This document shows, piece after piece, positions 24,906-38,099 of a DNA stretch of 64,000 bases. The first letter of the stretch is position 1. The number at the start of each line of letters is the position of its first letter. Made by a program: the position numbers and the translations under genes. Below the pieces are notes generated by a model that ran no database searches, had not been told where the DNA came from, and saw only the letters and a list, made by a program, of their open reading frames with translations. Source of the DNA: Azolla caroliniana (lineage: Eukaryota > Plantae > Polypodiophyta). The stretch spans positions 18,910,001 to 18,974,000 of the forward strand of contig JBHGNT010000007.1 of NCBI GenBank assembly GCA_043228905.1. Direction: 5' to 3'.

Positions 24906-25063
24906 TTTCTTGATGATACAAGAAAGGTATTCTATAGTTTATCCAACTATGATGTAACTTCTTAAAGTGATATGATATCTATATATGCACACAATGGACA
25001 CATTAATGAAGCTCTTCGGCTATTCAATGAAATGCAAATGGTAAGGGTAAGAGCAAACATGTA
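24906..25063 (+). pseudogene. PLS-class PPR gene fragment
   Basis: Manual translation FLDDTRKVFYSLSNYDVTS*SDMISIYAHNGHINEALRLFNEMQMVRVRAN matches the plant PPR S-P motif consensus (LDDARKVFD..DVVSW.AMI..YA.NG...EAL.LF.EM...GV.PN). The conserved Trp is now a stop. Confidence 0.75.
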
Positions 25064-25199
25064 TAGGTATACTAAAGCTTGGTTCTAGGTGTAGAAAGTG
25101 TAAAAAAAATGTTGACTCTCGTAGAGTCAGGGTGTGTTAAGCCATTTATATGCTTTTCAACTGATAGAGAGATATTTTTGGCATTTATAGAGAGGCCAA

Positions 25200-25510
25200 T
25201 ATTGTCCCATAGGACCTAGTAAGCAGAAACGTTATCTTGATGTGTGTCTCTCTACTAAGAAGGGATATTCATACTTTCAAAGAAGGTTTTGCATATTGTT
25301 TTGCAACCTCTTGAATATTTGTTGTGGAAGAAGAGGGATAAGATGGGAATCACCTGGGTTGCGTGGAATCATCTAGCAACCCCTAAGCGCATGGGGGGAG
25401 CTGGAATATTGAACTTATCTATGAATATGATGGCTTGTAGATTTTCATTATTACAAGACATGTGTTCAAACTCACAACCATGGATATCGAAAGTCTCGAT
25501 GTGTGAATAA
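25200..25510 (+). mobile_element. L1-type LINE ORF2 fragment
   Basis: LLW..WVAWNHLATPKRMGGAGI motif of the region after the RT domain. Confidence 0.65.
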
Positions 25511-25589
25511 GGCATATACATATTATGACCTCAACCTTCTAGGTGTTCCCTTTAGTGTGATACTCAAGTCATCATCATCTCGTACTATA

Positions 25590-26292
25590 TCATCATACCT
25601 TTCATGAATTGCAATATACGTAGAGCATGTAAAAAGCAATTGATTCATCCTCTACGAACCCTTCCTTGCATACCTTACGTGTCTTTATATTTGGCTGATT
25701 TTGATTCCATAATGCAAATTCAATACCTAGGTTGTGTGATCGAGTGCGAAGAAATGTTAGGGCTTTACGAGAGTTAATACTCATGTTAGTAATGAGGTAA
25801 GGTTGAATACGATCAATAGGGCTCATTAATCTTTCCTCAATAACTACCTATTTCATAGCATCAGTTGAAAGCTCTAGGAGATGTTCCACATCCCATTGTT
25901 TGAACCATTTTTTGATATCAACCACCCAACCGGATGAGAGAATTTTGTTGTTGTGATTCTTTTGTAGTTTACATCCAACATTCCAAGCAAGATGTGGGTA
26001 TGATTTGGTATATTCTTGAATTTGTTAATGTATCTATCTATATGCTCTTTGTAGCACCAATATTTCTATAGGTCGAACACTTGTTTCCAAAAGCATAAGT
26101 TGATAAGAGGTGGTGGATTTTACTCCCAATTGTCAGCTTAAAAATATCTTTTGAATCTTCTCAATCTCATTCCATCCATTAAGAGAGATAGTGCCTCCCT
26201 ACACTTCTACTCCATAAAGAAAAACTTATGTTACCATGGCATTAAATAGCATTAGTTTCACTTCCCATTCATGAGTATACTCTGGTTGCATT
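25590..26292 (-). mobile_element. RTE-like LINE C-terminal fragment (host of family B; appears to resume at 36414)
   Basis: LRTRSHNLGIE and C..VEDE motifs; resembles 44050-44460; the sequence continues across the family B insertion. Confidence 0.6.
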
Positions 26293-26434
26293 TGTTATGA
26301 GTACATAAAATCATAGGAGGTTTAGGATGACTCAAACCCATAACCTTCTAAGAAAGAACACTTACCTTTAGCCATAAGGGTATACATGTTATACATAAAG
26401 ATATTTAATTTACTTTATTATAATATTGATAATG

Positions 26435-26570
26435 TAACCCTATAAATATCCAAAGGGTGCCATGACCCTACAATATCCCAAAGGGTGCCATGACCCTACA
26501 ATATCTCAAAGGGTATCATGACCCTACAACATCCCAAAGGGTATCATGACCCTTCAAACATCCAAGGGGA
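26435..26570. repeat. 28-bp tandem repeat (about 4.5 copies) in family B U3
   Basis: CATGACCCTACAATATCCCAAAGGGTGC units directly upstream of the TATA at about 26583. Confidence 0.85.
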
Positions 26571-28290
26571 ACATGCTACTCCTATATAAATATGACATAT
26601 TGTATTGTTGGAAACATTCCGGTTCAACACCAGTCTTTGGCAAATATTATAGTTCTTGCTCTTGTATATTTTCCTATTATAATAAAATATAGTCATCGTT
26701 CTCTCTTTCTTTTCGTCTCTTGTTCAATTTTCTTTTGTCAAGCTAGGGCCTTGAGATTTACAACAAGTAAGCATAGAAAAGTTGCAACAATATGACAAGT
26801 TATCAACACGTGTATTGCAACTCGAAACGACATTGCGGTCTCTTCATCAGTTATAAGCTTCAATGCAACAAAGCTCTCCCAAGGAACCAAAGATTTGTTT
26901 GCCTGGGAAGTTCGATGGTAATCGATCACAGTTTTGAGGATTTCTAAACCAGGTGCGTCTAGTAATTCATATGTATCCTATTAGATTGTGATATTCCATG
27001 GGATGAAGAAGCATTAATGGATCAGTTTCATCATGGACTATGAATGATGTAAAGGATTTATTATTAACTTTCCACGAAGATCCTAGATCACTTACAGAAG
27101 TGATAAGTCATGCAGTGCGATGAGACAACCGCTTATTCGAACAACGTTCAGAATGCCAACTAATGTCACGACAAAGAACATACCAAACATATGCTTCGGT
27201 AGTAGCCTCAACACCTACACGCACTACCCAAAATTCAAACATGATTCCATCAAGTGGTCCAAGTCTGATGGAGATCGATGTAACACGTTGTCGAGGGCCT
27301 TTGTCTGAAGTTGAGAAGCAACGACGTCAAGCAAACCATCCATGTTTGTATTGTGGTGGTCCGGGACACATAGCAATCACCTACCCAAATAGGCCAAAAC
27401 AACAAGTAAATCAAGTAAGTACTAGTGAGAAACTTAATTCTAATTCCTCGGTTAGATCATCTATCCCTAGTAGCCCCACATGTCTAGGTCAGTCCAATAG
27501 TTTTGAAGTCTTGCGTCAACTTGATGACATATTAAACAAATAAGTCCAACCAAATCGGAGCCATTTGGTTGGACAATCCAGAATACATAAAATCAGCCCC
27601 AAGTACTAGTTCCATTTTATCAAATCATGTTAGCAGAGTTTTTTCAGCACAAGTTGAGCTTAGCACTTGTAGGTGTCATCGAGTGATTGCCTCTGCTATC
27701 TTAAATTCAGGAGCCAACTCTTGTTTTATGGACAAAGAATTTGCCTTAACCTAGAAAATCCTATTGAGCAACCTCCCTTGTCCCGCAACTATTGCAGTCA
27801 TTAGTGGTCGACCTATTGCATCTAGAGATATAGTTGAAGAATCTTAGCCAATTCGAGTAGTCCTTGGTAACTTGGCTTGTGTGATTTGTTTCACTATCAT
27901 TAGTAGTCCCGAGCATCCGGTTATCCTTGGTTTGAACTTCATAATCCTGAAATTGATTAGAGAAAGCGAGAAATCAATGATTTCCAACAAAAACTTGAAT
28001 TCAATTCCCTTGTTACTACCAAACAAGATTCAAAACCTCACCAAATCTCAACCATCTCTCTACAAAAATTACGAGAAGTCGGACGGGAAAATGAAAATTT
28101 TGTCTTTGCAATAACAACAACTCCATCCTTTAGTTCACAAGTATCAGACACCCTCCTCCCTACTAAGGATCTAGAATTCGAAGATGACTTCAATAAGAGT
28201 AAAGCTAGTACTCTCCTAGACCATCGTCCTTATGATTGTCCTGTCTATCTACAACCTAGTAAAGAACCACCATGGGGGCCAATATATAAT

Positions 28291-31200
28291 TGTTGAGATA
28301 TCAAGCTCAACTAGTTTAATCTAGTTAGTCAACACATGTAACTTAGTAGTTACCTAGATCGAATCTAGTTAATGTGTTGACCTTAAGCCTTTAAATAGGA
28401 CCTTGTACTTATGTGGGATATTCTAGATCCTCCACTCCTTAGTACATTTAATGTAGGACTTACACATAAGTACCTATGTTCTACCCACACATGTGCGCCT
28501 TTGCACATGGGTTGTATATATACCTCATTGTGGGTATTTTTATATGTCGATGACACTTTTCAATATAGTCAATCATCCCCCATTTATCTTTGTGTTCAAG
28601 TGTAACTTCCTCTCTCTCTCTCGTCCTCTCACACACTCTCATGCGCATATCATACTAATCTTTCGCTGCTTAACGTAACCATATAATTAGTCTCTAATTA
28701 ACCCTAGTTAATTACCTAATTACTTAACATGGTATCAGAGCGCGTGGTTTAGGAAATCCACTAAGCCCACCGCTTATTCGTGATTGTGTGTTCGAGACGC
28801 CAATGACAAATCCCGGTTATTCGCAACAGTAGTGCCACTACGAAGGACGTGTATGCGACCAAGAGAAGAAAAACAAAACGGAAGACACAACAATCAACAT
28901 GAACAAACAAATGGGAAGCTCACTCCCTAGCGAAAAGCTAGACCGAAGCAACTATTCATCTTGGGAGTACAAGATGAATCAATACCTTATCGGCCAAGGG
29001 TATTGGAGCTACATCAACGGCGCACAAGAAAACAAACCCGAAATCACACACACCAACTACCCAACGTGGGAGCAAGGCGCGAGTCGGGTAATGTATTGCT
29101 TGGCAACATGTGTAAACGACCACATGCTTAGCCACATTCGTGACGCCAAGACGCCCTAAGAGGCGTGGGAAAATCTCAAGAAGATTTTCGCCGCGGACAC
29201 ATCCGCACGCAAGCTTCAACTCTGGCAAGAGTTGAACAACATACGACAAAAAGAAATGTCTGTGACGGACTACACCGCCAAGATCAAGAGCATTTGCGAC
29301 TCGCTTGGCTCCATCAACGTCAACATCGACGAAGACGAGATGGTGCAAGTATGCTTGGGTGGCCTTGCACAACGATTCAACCCATTGAGAATGGCAATCT
29401 TGGCGAGAGATACCCCTCCCTCGTTCTTCAACCTCCAATCAATGCTATTGGTCGAAGAAAACCACGTTCAACCAAAGACAAACACATCGGAAGGACAAAT
29501 GCTCTTCTCCGATATGGATGGTGCCCAAAGACGAGGTCGAAGCGGAAGAGGTCAATTCGACCTATCCCACGAAGGGAATTCACAATTTCGGCAAGGAAAC
29601 GGAAGCCATCGAGGAACCTTCACAAGAAGGGGGAGCTTCCACGCCGAACAAGGTCGGCGAATGATGCCACCTACGTGCAACTATTGCGACAAAATCGGCC
29701 ATCGCGAAGAGGAGTGCCGAAAAAGACGAAGCGAGTCGGCCTCAACAAGCCGACAACTCACAAATTACGCCGCGAATGCGGAATATGCAGATTACGGCAG
29801 ACTCTTCGTGATGAGGCATAGAGAGAACTCTATGATGGCCTCCGATCCCGCAAACTCCGCAAGCACCTCTAACTCTGAACACGTGTGGTTCGTAGACTCC
29901 GGCGCCTCGCACCACAGGATGTCGCACCAAGAGTGGTTTCGCGACTTGCGAACGCCGGATCGACCCGGCTACATAGAGACCGGAGACGACACTCCGCATC
30001 CCATTCGGCACATCGGCGATGTCCCATTCGGGAAAGAAGGCGAGCAAACTTGCATCAAGAATGTCTTGCACGTGCCCACAATAACAAAGAATTTGGTCTC
30101 GGTCGGCCAAATCGTGGAGCAAGGCATGCAAGTCCGCTTCAACAATGAAGGTTGCTTCATCAAGAAAGACGGCCGACTCATAGCCAAGGGACGGAGAGAC
30201 AGTCGCTTGTTCATCCTCGACTCGAACGAGGTAAAATTTGCCATGTACACCAAAGGTCTCAAGACCGAGACAAACATCGAGTTGTGGCACAAGCGAATTG
30301 GCCACGTAAACCTCCAACGGCTTCGTGGAATGCAATCAAAGGGAGTCGTAATCGGACTTCCGGCCTTCGTATCGAAACGAGTCGACCGAGTGTGCGAAGC
30401 ATGCCAACTCGGCAAACAACATCGACTCCCATTCCCGAAGGAGAGCTCCGCAAGCAAAGGCCTCCTTGACATAACCCACTCGGACGTATGGGAACCGGCT
30501 CAAACGCCGACGCTCGGAGGATGCTGCTACTACGTCACCTTCATCGACGACCACTCGTGCTATGCGTGGATATACCCGATGAAGAAGAAGAGCGAAGTGC
30601 TCTCCCACTTTCAAAGGCTCACAAGCTAAGTGGAGAAAGAAACCGGTCGGCACATTCGATGCCTACGATCGGACGGAGGAAAGGAGTACTTCACCGACGA
30701 GTTCACCTCCTACCTCCAAGGTGAAGGCATTCGTAGAGAATTCTCATGCCAACACACTCCCCAACAAAACGGAGTAGCCGAGAGAAAGAATCGGCAAATT
30801 CTCGAGGTAGCACGCGCCATGATGCATGAGAAGCACATGCCGAATTTCTATTGGGCCGAAGCGGCATCCACGGCCGTCTATCTCATGAACCGGTGCACCA
30901 CCAATGGAGTTCACGAGCTTACTCCATATGAGATCTTTGTTGGAAGGAATCCCATCCTCTCGCACCTCAAGGTTTTCGGAAGCATTGCGAATGTACGCAT
31001 CCCGAACGAAAGTCGAGAGAAGCCCGACGCGAAGTTGGAACAATGTATCCTCATAGGATACTTGTCTGCGAAAAAGGCGTAGAAGTGCTTCAACCCTTCG
31101 ACCCAAGCGGTGCGGATAAGTCGTGACGTCGTTTTCGACGAATCGGCATCTTGGTATAAGCCCGATGCGACTCCATCCGACCCGATCGAGGAAGAGTTGA

Positions 31201-32326
31201 ACGCCAACTTGGACGACGAAACTCGGCCACGTCCTCCACCGAAGGACAAATCAAGCTCTACCAAGCTAATTGGCCCACAAGAGCCTCCACGCGATGAAAA
31301 CACGTCGCGGTCAAGTCCGACATCGGACAAAGGCAAAGGTAAGATGCCCGAATACGAAGTCGTGGTCCACCCCGACGACCGTGACTCGGATGATTCGGCT
31401 CGCTCACTAGACAATGAGTTCGGTGTACCCATCATGAGGACACCCGGAGTAAAGAAGGCACTCACATCGACAAACGAGAAACTCCGCCGCTCATCACGAG
31501 CAAAGACCCAAGTCACTCGTTACGCCTACAACGAGTATATGGCCCATCACTATGCCCTCGCGATGAAGGTAGTGGCCGAACAAGAGCCCGAGGATCCAAG
31601 CCTTCATCACAGGCTTGAGGGGGAGAATAAGCCACGGAGAGCTCTGCAACAAGGCCGTAGAGAGCCGCGCAACGAGGGCGTGAAGACGTGGAGAACCGCG
31701 CAATGAAGCCGTGAAGATGTGAAGAAAGCCGCGCAATAGAGCCGCGGAGAGCCGCGCAACGAAGCCGCGAAGACGCGAAGAAAGCCGCGCAACACCGCGA
31801 AGAAAGCCGCAAGCCGCACCGATGCCGACGAAGTTGAAGGAAGCTAAACCGGACGTTGGACGCCTCACACTTGAGCTTGAGGGGGTGTGTTGAGATATCA
31901 AGCTCAACTAGTTTAATCTAGTTAGTCAACACATGTAACTTAGTAGTTACCTAGATTGAATCTAGTTAATGTGTTGACCTTAAGCCTTTAAATAGGACCT
32001 TGTACTTATGTGGGATATTCTAGATCCTCCACTCCTTAGTACATTTAATGTAGGACTTACACATAAGTACCTATGTTCTACCCACACATGTGCACCTTTG
32101 CACATGGGTTGTATATATACCTCATTGTGGGTATTTTTATATGTCGATGACACTTTTCAATATAGTCAATCATCCCCCATTTATCTTTGTGTTCAAGTGT
32201 AACTTCCTCTCTCTCTCTCGTCCTCTCACACACTCTCACGCGCATATCATACTAATCTTTCGCTGCTTAACGTAACCATATAATTAGTCTCTAATTAACC
32301 CTAGTTAATTACCTAATTACTTAACA
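28291..32326 (+). mobile_element. Non-autonomous Ty1/copia element lacking RT and RNase H, copy 2
   Basis: 439-bp LTRs 28291-28729 and 31888-32326 (about 3 differences), perfect TSD ATAAT, PBS TGGTATCAGAGC, PPT; Gag-PR-IN broken by stops near 29157, 30627 and 31080; same RT-loss junction as copy 1. Confidence 0.95.
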
Positions 32327-32574
32327 ATAATCTATAACCTTCCGAGCTCAAGGCCCTTTGAGAGTATATAGATGAGCACTTGGAAAATGGATTCATTCGA
32401 CATTCTAAATGCCTTGCTAGTGCACCCATCGTCTTTGTCAAGAAGAAACATGGGTCTTTACGACTGGTCGTAGACAATCATAGTTTGAAATAGATATGCT
32501 CTACCCTTGATATCAAGTTTATTAGAGTTTCTTAGTGGAGCCAAAGTTTTCACGAAGCTAAACCTTCAAGGCGT

Positions 32575-34760
32575 TGTCGTGGCATGGCTCGCCCAGAAGC
32601 GTAGCGTTGCGCAAACATTTAAAGATAATGTGAAAGTGAGGAAGGAATCGCTGGGAATATGGACGGAAGAGACGAAAGAGTAGAGAGGGAGTAAATAGAG
32701 ATCAACAAGATATCACATGATAAGATATAGAATGATATTTGAAGGAATATAAGAAATTTATAATTATTTGATGAAAGAGTTACAAATGGTTGCGAGCGTC
32801 GTTGAACCTTCGAAGTTTATGTCTCACAAGGTAATCACTGTTCTCTTTCTTGATAGTAGACCAAACTCTTCCCTTCTATCTTTCGATGAGGATAAGACTT
32901 GAACCTCCACCTTTCCGCTAGGCTAGTTCTTCTCTTGTCTTTTGAAGATTGTACATAACTTTCACCTTCTCTCCCTCTTTCAATTTTATGATATCTCTTA
33001 CAATATTAATTTGCTTGATTCAATACAATATAATGCTATTCAATCTGATTGATTCATTGATATCCTTGTAACTATACTCCCTTCTCCTTTTATAGGAAAG
33101 GGATGGTTTTACATGTGAGCCATGTGGCACACATGTAGAGAGCCTCTTGCATGTGTGCTATATGGTGCACATTTAGTATATTACATGGGTTAGACTATAC
33201 AATGCTAGCTCAAATAAAACAACATAAAAGAATACGATTGCGGAAGCTTTGACAAAACTGGTGACATCGGATAACAATAGAGAATAAACACAGGTTTAAT
33301 GAAAACCTTACACGGGAGAGACAGAGAGAGCATAACAATAAACTCAATTCAAAACAATAACATTCTGTACATACAATGTGCTCAGTGAGCACTTTTATAC
33401 AAGTCCTTAAAGGACTGACAGAAGTACTGACAAGTACTTCAATGCTCATACGAGCAACTGACACTGACTCCTAAAAATATGCCTATGTACTAGGCTAGAT
33501 TCATAGGCCTCTAATGGCCTATCGGTTGTAATCGGATCTGGCTCTCTCATCCGGCTCCTGATTTCGAATACCATCCAGACACCGATCGGGTTCTTCGTTC
33601 CGGACTCCAATCCGGCTCTGGCTTGTTCAGCCGATACGGATCCGGTTGAGCTTGTCCACTCAACACTCCCCCTCAAGCTCAACTTGAGGTCGGATCGTTG
33701 TGTTGGTGACAGTACCTGTAGGTCTTTCCCTCCGGCTGCTCTTGGCGTCCTCGCGCTTGGATTGCGCTCCTCGTCCGGTCCGGTTTGTCTTCCTGCAGCA
33801 CATTCGGTTTCGCACATCTTGACCTCGGTCGGCCTATCTGCTCAAAAGGCCCATCTCAGCTCCTTTGTTGTTGCGACTCCAACGCGTCTCGACTTGTCGG
33901 TTCCTTCAAGTCGGTGTCGGCTTCCATTGCCTCCTCCGTTTGGTCTTCAGCTGATCCGGCTCCTCCGAATCATGCACCGCTTCCGAATCGGGTGACTCTA
34001 ATTCCTGCCAACTCTTGTCTGAATTGGCTGTCTCCAATTCGTTCTCAATCTTCAAGCCCTTTACCACATCGAACCACGTTTGGGTCTTGGCCTTCCGGTC
34101 GGCTCTGTCCTTCTTGACTCTGTCGCCGTCGCCGCTTGTTCCGACTTCTTGAATCGACTCGCTTCCTTTTCCTTCTTGTCTTCCCTCGTTTTCCCAAATT
34201 TCGTTTCGCTTCCGGTTCTCCCTGTAGGCCCGGTCTCAGCTTTCTCCGCCAACCCGTGCACTCCGACGGGCCGGAGTCAAAATCGGTTTTCGACTCGACT
34301 CTTCGGTCTGCTTTCTCATTCCTCCTTTCATTCTCCCCCTCAAGTTCGGCATATCGAGGTACTACACACCCAACGCACCAGAAAATTGCCACAACTTGTC
34401 TATGGTGAGGGGTTTGGTGAAGATATCGGGGTTCTTCTAGCAGATGGATCGGCACAACTTCTAGTTAGACGATTTCAAGGCCCTCTTGGCCGGCTCGGGC
34501 TTCGTTCCCGAAGGTTTGTCTTCATTGTTTTCGGAGTCGGATTTCGGCATCTTCTTCTTCCCCTTCTCTTTATGGGTGAACCGTCTCCTCGGTTCCTTGC
34601 GCGGGGAGAGCACGACCGAGTCTTCACTACTCGCTAACAAATCATCCGGTTGACCACTCTGACTCAACTAGTTCGGATTCGGTCCACTCATCCGGAGAGA
34701 AGTTAGACTATTTGGCTGTTGGGATTCCGCGAGGCTTCTCTTTGTTCTGGATTCCACCAC
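32575..34760 (-). mobile_element. Truncated copia 3' remnant with LTR-like sequence, possibly two nested LTRs
   Basis: PPT rc CTCCCCCTCAAG next to an LTR end at 33665; post-integrase spacer (KEKGKKKMP, ALKSSN) fused to the RNase H tail DIFTKPL..LEGE; two minus-strand TATA-like boxes near 33090 and 33395. Confidence 0.6.
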
Positions 34761-35322
34761 GTCAAAGAGCTTCTGGCCATTATAGACTCGGTCGAACAAT
34801 GGAGGCATCTCTTAGAAGGTTCTCCCCACCAAATCATTGTTTAGATTGATCATAAAAACCTCACATACTTTCAAAATGCTAGAGTCTTGAGTTGACGCCA
34901 AGCTCGTTGGGCACAATTTTTGACATGTTTTGACTTCCTCATCACGTATCGCCCTGGACTACAACAAGGAAAGGCAGATGCTCTATCACAACGATCTTAT
35001 TTAGCGCCACAACTAGGGGAGCCCACATTTGATAATCAAAAACAAGTTATCTTGGGGCCTGATTGGTTACGACTATTGACTATTAATGCCTCCAAAGCAC
35101 CTGAAGATTCGAGGCTCCTTGATCCAATCTGAACAGGTATAATTTGTGATGACTTTGCTCAAGATGTCTTGAATCATATCCTTTCAAATCATGCTTCTTC
35201 TTCAAAATCCAAGTATCCTTCTAAAGATTATAACAAATTTCGACGTCGAAATGGTTTATTTTTTCGTAACACTCTTTTGTATGTCCCCAACAGTTCGTCT
35301 CAACTCCAAGTAATGCAATATT

Positions 35323-35754
35323 TGTTAGGAAATAGGTCCCTCCGGATGGGAAGTGAGAAGAACAATGTTGATGAGCAACTCGGCCAAGGCCGATAGGCCG
35401 AAGCCGAATCCGGATGTGGAGTACCCCGCAACGGAAGACCCGGTGAGAACCAGATGACGAGTACCCAACAAGGAAGGCCCGGTGAGAACCAGATGACGAG
35501 TGCCCGGCAAGAGCCGGATGGTGAAGGCCCGGTGAGAACCAGATGACGAGTGCCCGACAAGAGCCGGATGATGCAGGCCTAGTGAGGAGTGCCTACCGGA
35601 TGAAGGGACATATTCGTAAATATGTTTTTGAGAGTCCATTGGGGCTATATTTGTAAATAGCCGAAAAGTCATATTAGTATAAATATGACTTAGGGCAAAC
35701 TTAGTAGAGAGTTATATTCATTCTTGTTGGTGCAAGATTTTGAGTGCAACCGTG

Positions 35755-35792
<38 letters not shown>

Positions 35793-35836
35793 GAGAGAGA
35801 GACGAAGAGGACGTTGTCTCTGTTGTAACCGCCGTC
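35323..35836 (+). mobile_element. LTR family S copy 3, 3'-truncated
   Basis: Homologous to 7381 and 17388, including GAACC(A/G)GATG repeats and TATA; ends abruptly in family B integrase. Confidence 0.82.
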
Positions 35837-37193
35837 TGTAACTAGCCATTGCCAGTTCCTATTGGTCCATGGAAATCCATCTCTTTGGACTTTATTACAG
35901 AACTTTTGCTTTCAAAGAGATTTGATGCTATCCTCACTGTAGTAGATCGATTCACAAAGATGGCTCATTTTCTTCCACGCACGAAAAGTATCAACAGTAA
36001 AGAAACTGTAGAGATCATTACGAAACAAGTATTTCGGCTTCATGGTCTTCCAAATGACATCAGTAGTGATTGTGGCCTACAATTCGTCTCAAAATTCTGA
36101 AACACTTGCTTGAGATGCTCAATGTCTCTTGTAAACTTTCTTCAAGCTATCATCCAGAAAGTGATGGTCAAACCGAGCACGCAAATCAAACAATAGAACA
36201 ATATATTCGGTGTTTCATCAATTATCAACAAGATGATTGGGTGGATTTTTTAAACTTTGCAGAGTTTGCATACAATAATTTGGTTCATTCCTCAACAAGA
36301 TATACTCCATTTTTTGCAAACATAGGATGTCATCCCCCTTGGATAATGATTAAACATCCAGAAATCTCAAAAAATCCTGTCGTTGAGGATCGTCTACACC
36401 TAGGGCCTTGACAACATTTATTTCTCAACATGTAAAAACTTTACCAACCAACGTGAAGTCTAGTAGACTCAAGGCATATGCTTCCTTATTTATTTCAAGT
36501 ACAGTAGTACCAAGGTACTTAAAACTTTATATAAATTGTACATGTTCTCCCTTATATGTAAGCATCAAGTATTGGTGAGACTGGATGGTTCGCACTACGA
36601 TCGTTTTTGTTTTATCCACATTTACAATTAGTCCACTACTTTGGCAAAATACTTCTAATGCTCCAAGTAAACGTTACATACCATCATCATCATATTAAAA
36701 GATAACCACGTTGTTGTGCTAGAGTTTTCCTCTCACAACTCCAGCACATGGCATCTCAACATACACAACTCATTATACAATAGGCAACACAAACACAGAG
36801 GGAAGGGAGTCGGTATGACAAAGAAAATCAATGATAAGAGATGAGAGGAGGGGATCATCAATTGTAGATCAACAACTTGATAATATTTTGTGCATAAAGG
36901 CTCATTACATGAAAAGAGAGTTCATAAGATTCTACAATAATTCTCTAAGTACAAGAAAGAAGAGATTGAAAGTGACAAAGAGATGTACCTATGAGAGAGG
37001 AAGGGAGATGATCAAAAGTGGGTTGAGAAAAGAGAGAGATTAAAAACAAATTCTCTACATGAAGTATAGTTCCTTAATCCTCTATCACACACATCCTTGA
37101 ATACAATAATGGGCTTCATTATCCATGCACACATGCATCGCTTTAGCTACTTCCTCTTGCATCCCATAAGAAATTCGTTGAGTTTAGGCACAT

Positions 37194-38039
37194 TGTCATG
37201 AAAAATCCGTCACTACGTGTGGATTGTGAGGTAGAACCATTGGGGTTTTGGACCAGAAGGATTCGAAGTTTGCACTAGCTTTAGCGAGAAAGTATTTAAG
37301 ATAGATTGATAGAGAGAGAGATGAGATAAGATAGAATGCTTGACTTTAGATTGAGGGAGATTGAAATGGAGAGAGAGATTAAGATTGAACCCTTGACTTT
37401 AGATTTGCGGAACAAGATATATCATCAATTGGATAACGAATTTTCTTCTTATTAAATTCTTGATTAATACATAGCTCTCTTTGATTTTTTTATCCACTCT
37501 TTTATAGATGCCCCCATGCATATGATGCATGTGAGGGTACAAGACATGCATACAATGCATGTGATGCATGTTTACCATTTGGCGCTTAAGCATTACATGT
37601 GACGCATGATAACCATGTCACTCATTCAAGCTCTAATATGAGAAATTACATGTGAAAGTATAATGGTAGAAAAAATATTTTTAAAGAAATGACTTGGCTT
37701 AGTGGTAAATTTATTGCCTCCTATCTTGGAGGTGCAAGGTTCAATCAAGCCTTGCTTGCATCTCCCTGTATATAAATTTTTACTAGGTTTTTTTTTAGTC
37801 TAGATGATTTTGTTCGGTTCACACCGAAATCGTCATGATCAACCTATCCATCTATCCATCTATCCGGTCTGCATCCGACTCGGTGATCCAATTCGGCCTA
37901 TCCGGTTCCATCGCCATCTGGTCCGATCCTGGTCCTGGTCCCGTCGCCATCTAGTTTCGGTTCTCCAAAACCATTTTGAACAACTTGGCTACATCCATTC
38001 GTCCAATTTATATAACCCAACGTTTTTGTGCTCCTAACA
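37194..38039 (-). mobile_element. Probable solo LTR of another family
   Basis: TGTCA..TAACA ends, CACAT at both boundaries (overlapping the right terminus), minus-strand TATA near 37501, ATCCGGT-type short repeats 37850-37945. Confidence 0.45.
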
Positions 38040-38099
38040 CATAAATGAAATATAAAGGGATATGGCTCTACTTATATACTCTTGAACCCTGATGATGTC

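Larger units (their letters stand above)
26293..36413 (+). mobile_element. Degraded Ty3/gypsy element, family B (related to A), hosting nested insertions
   Basis: 5' LTR about 26293-26756 ending CTAGGGCCTTGAGA; only about 14 nt of the 3' LTR remain (CTAGGGCCTTGACA, 36400-36413); TSD GCATT/ACATT; gag, PR, RT, RH and integrase remnants homologous to family A. Confidence 0.78.
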
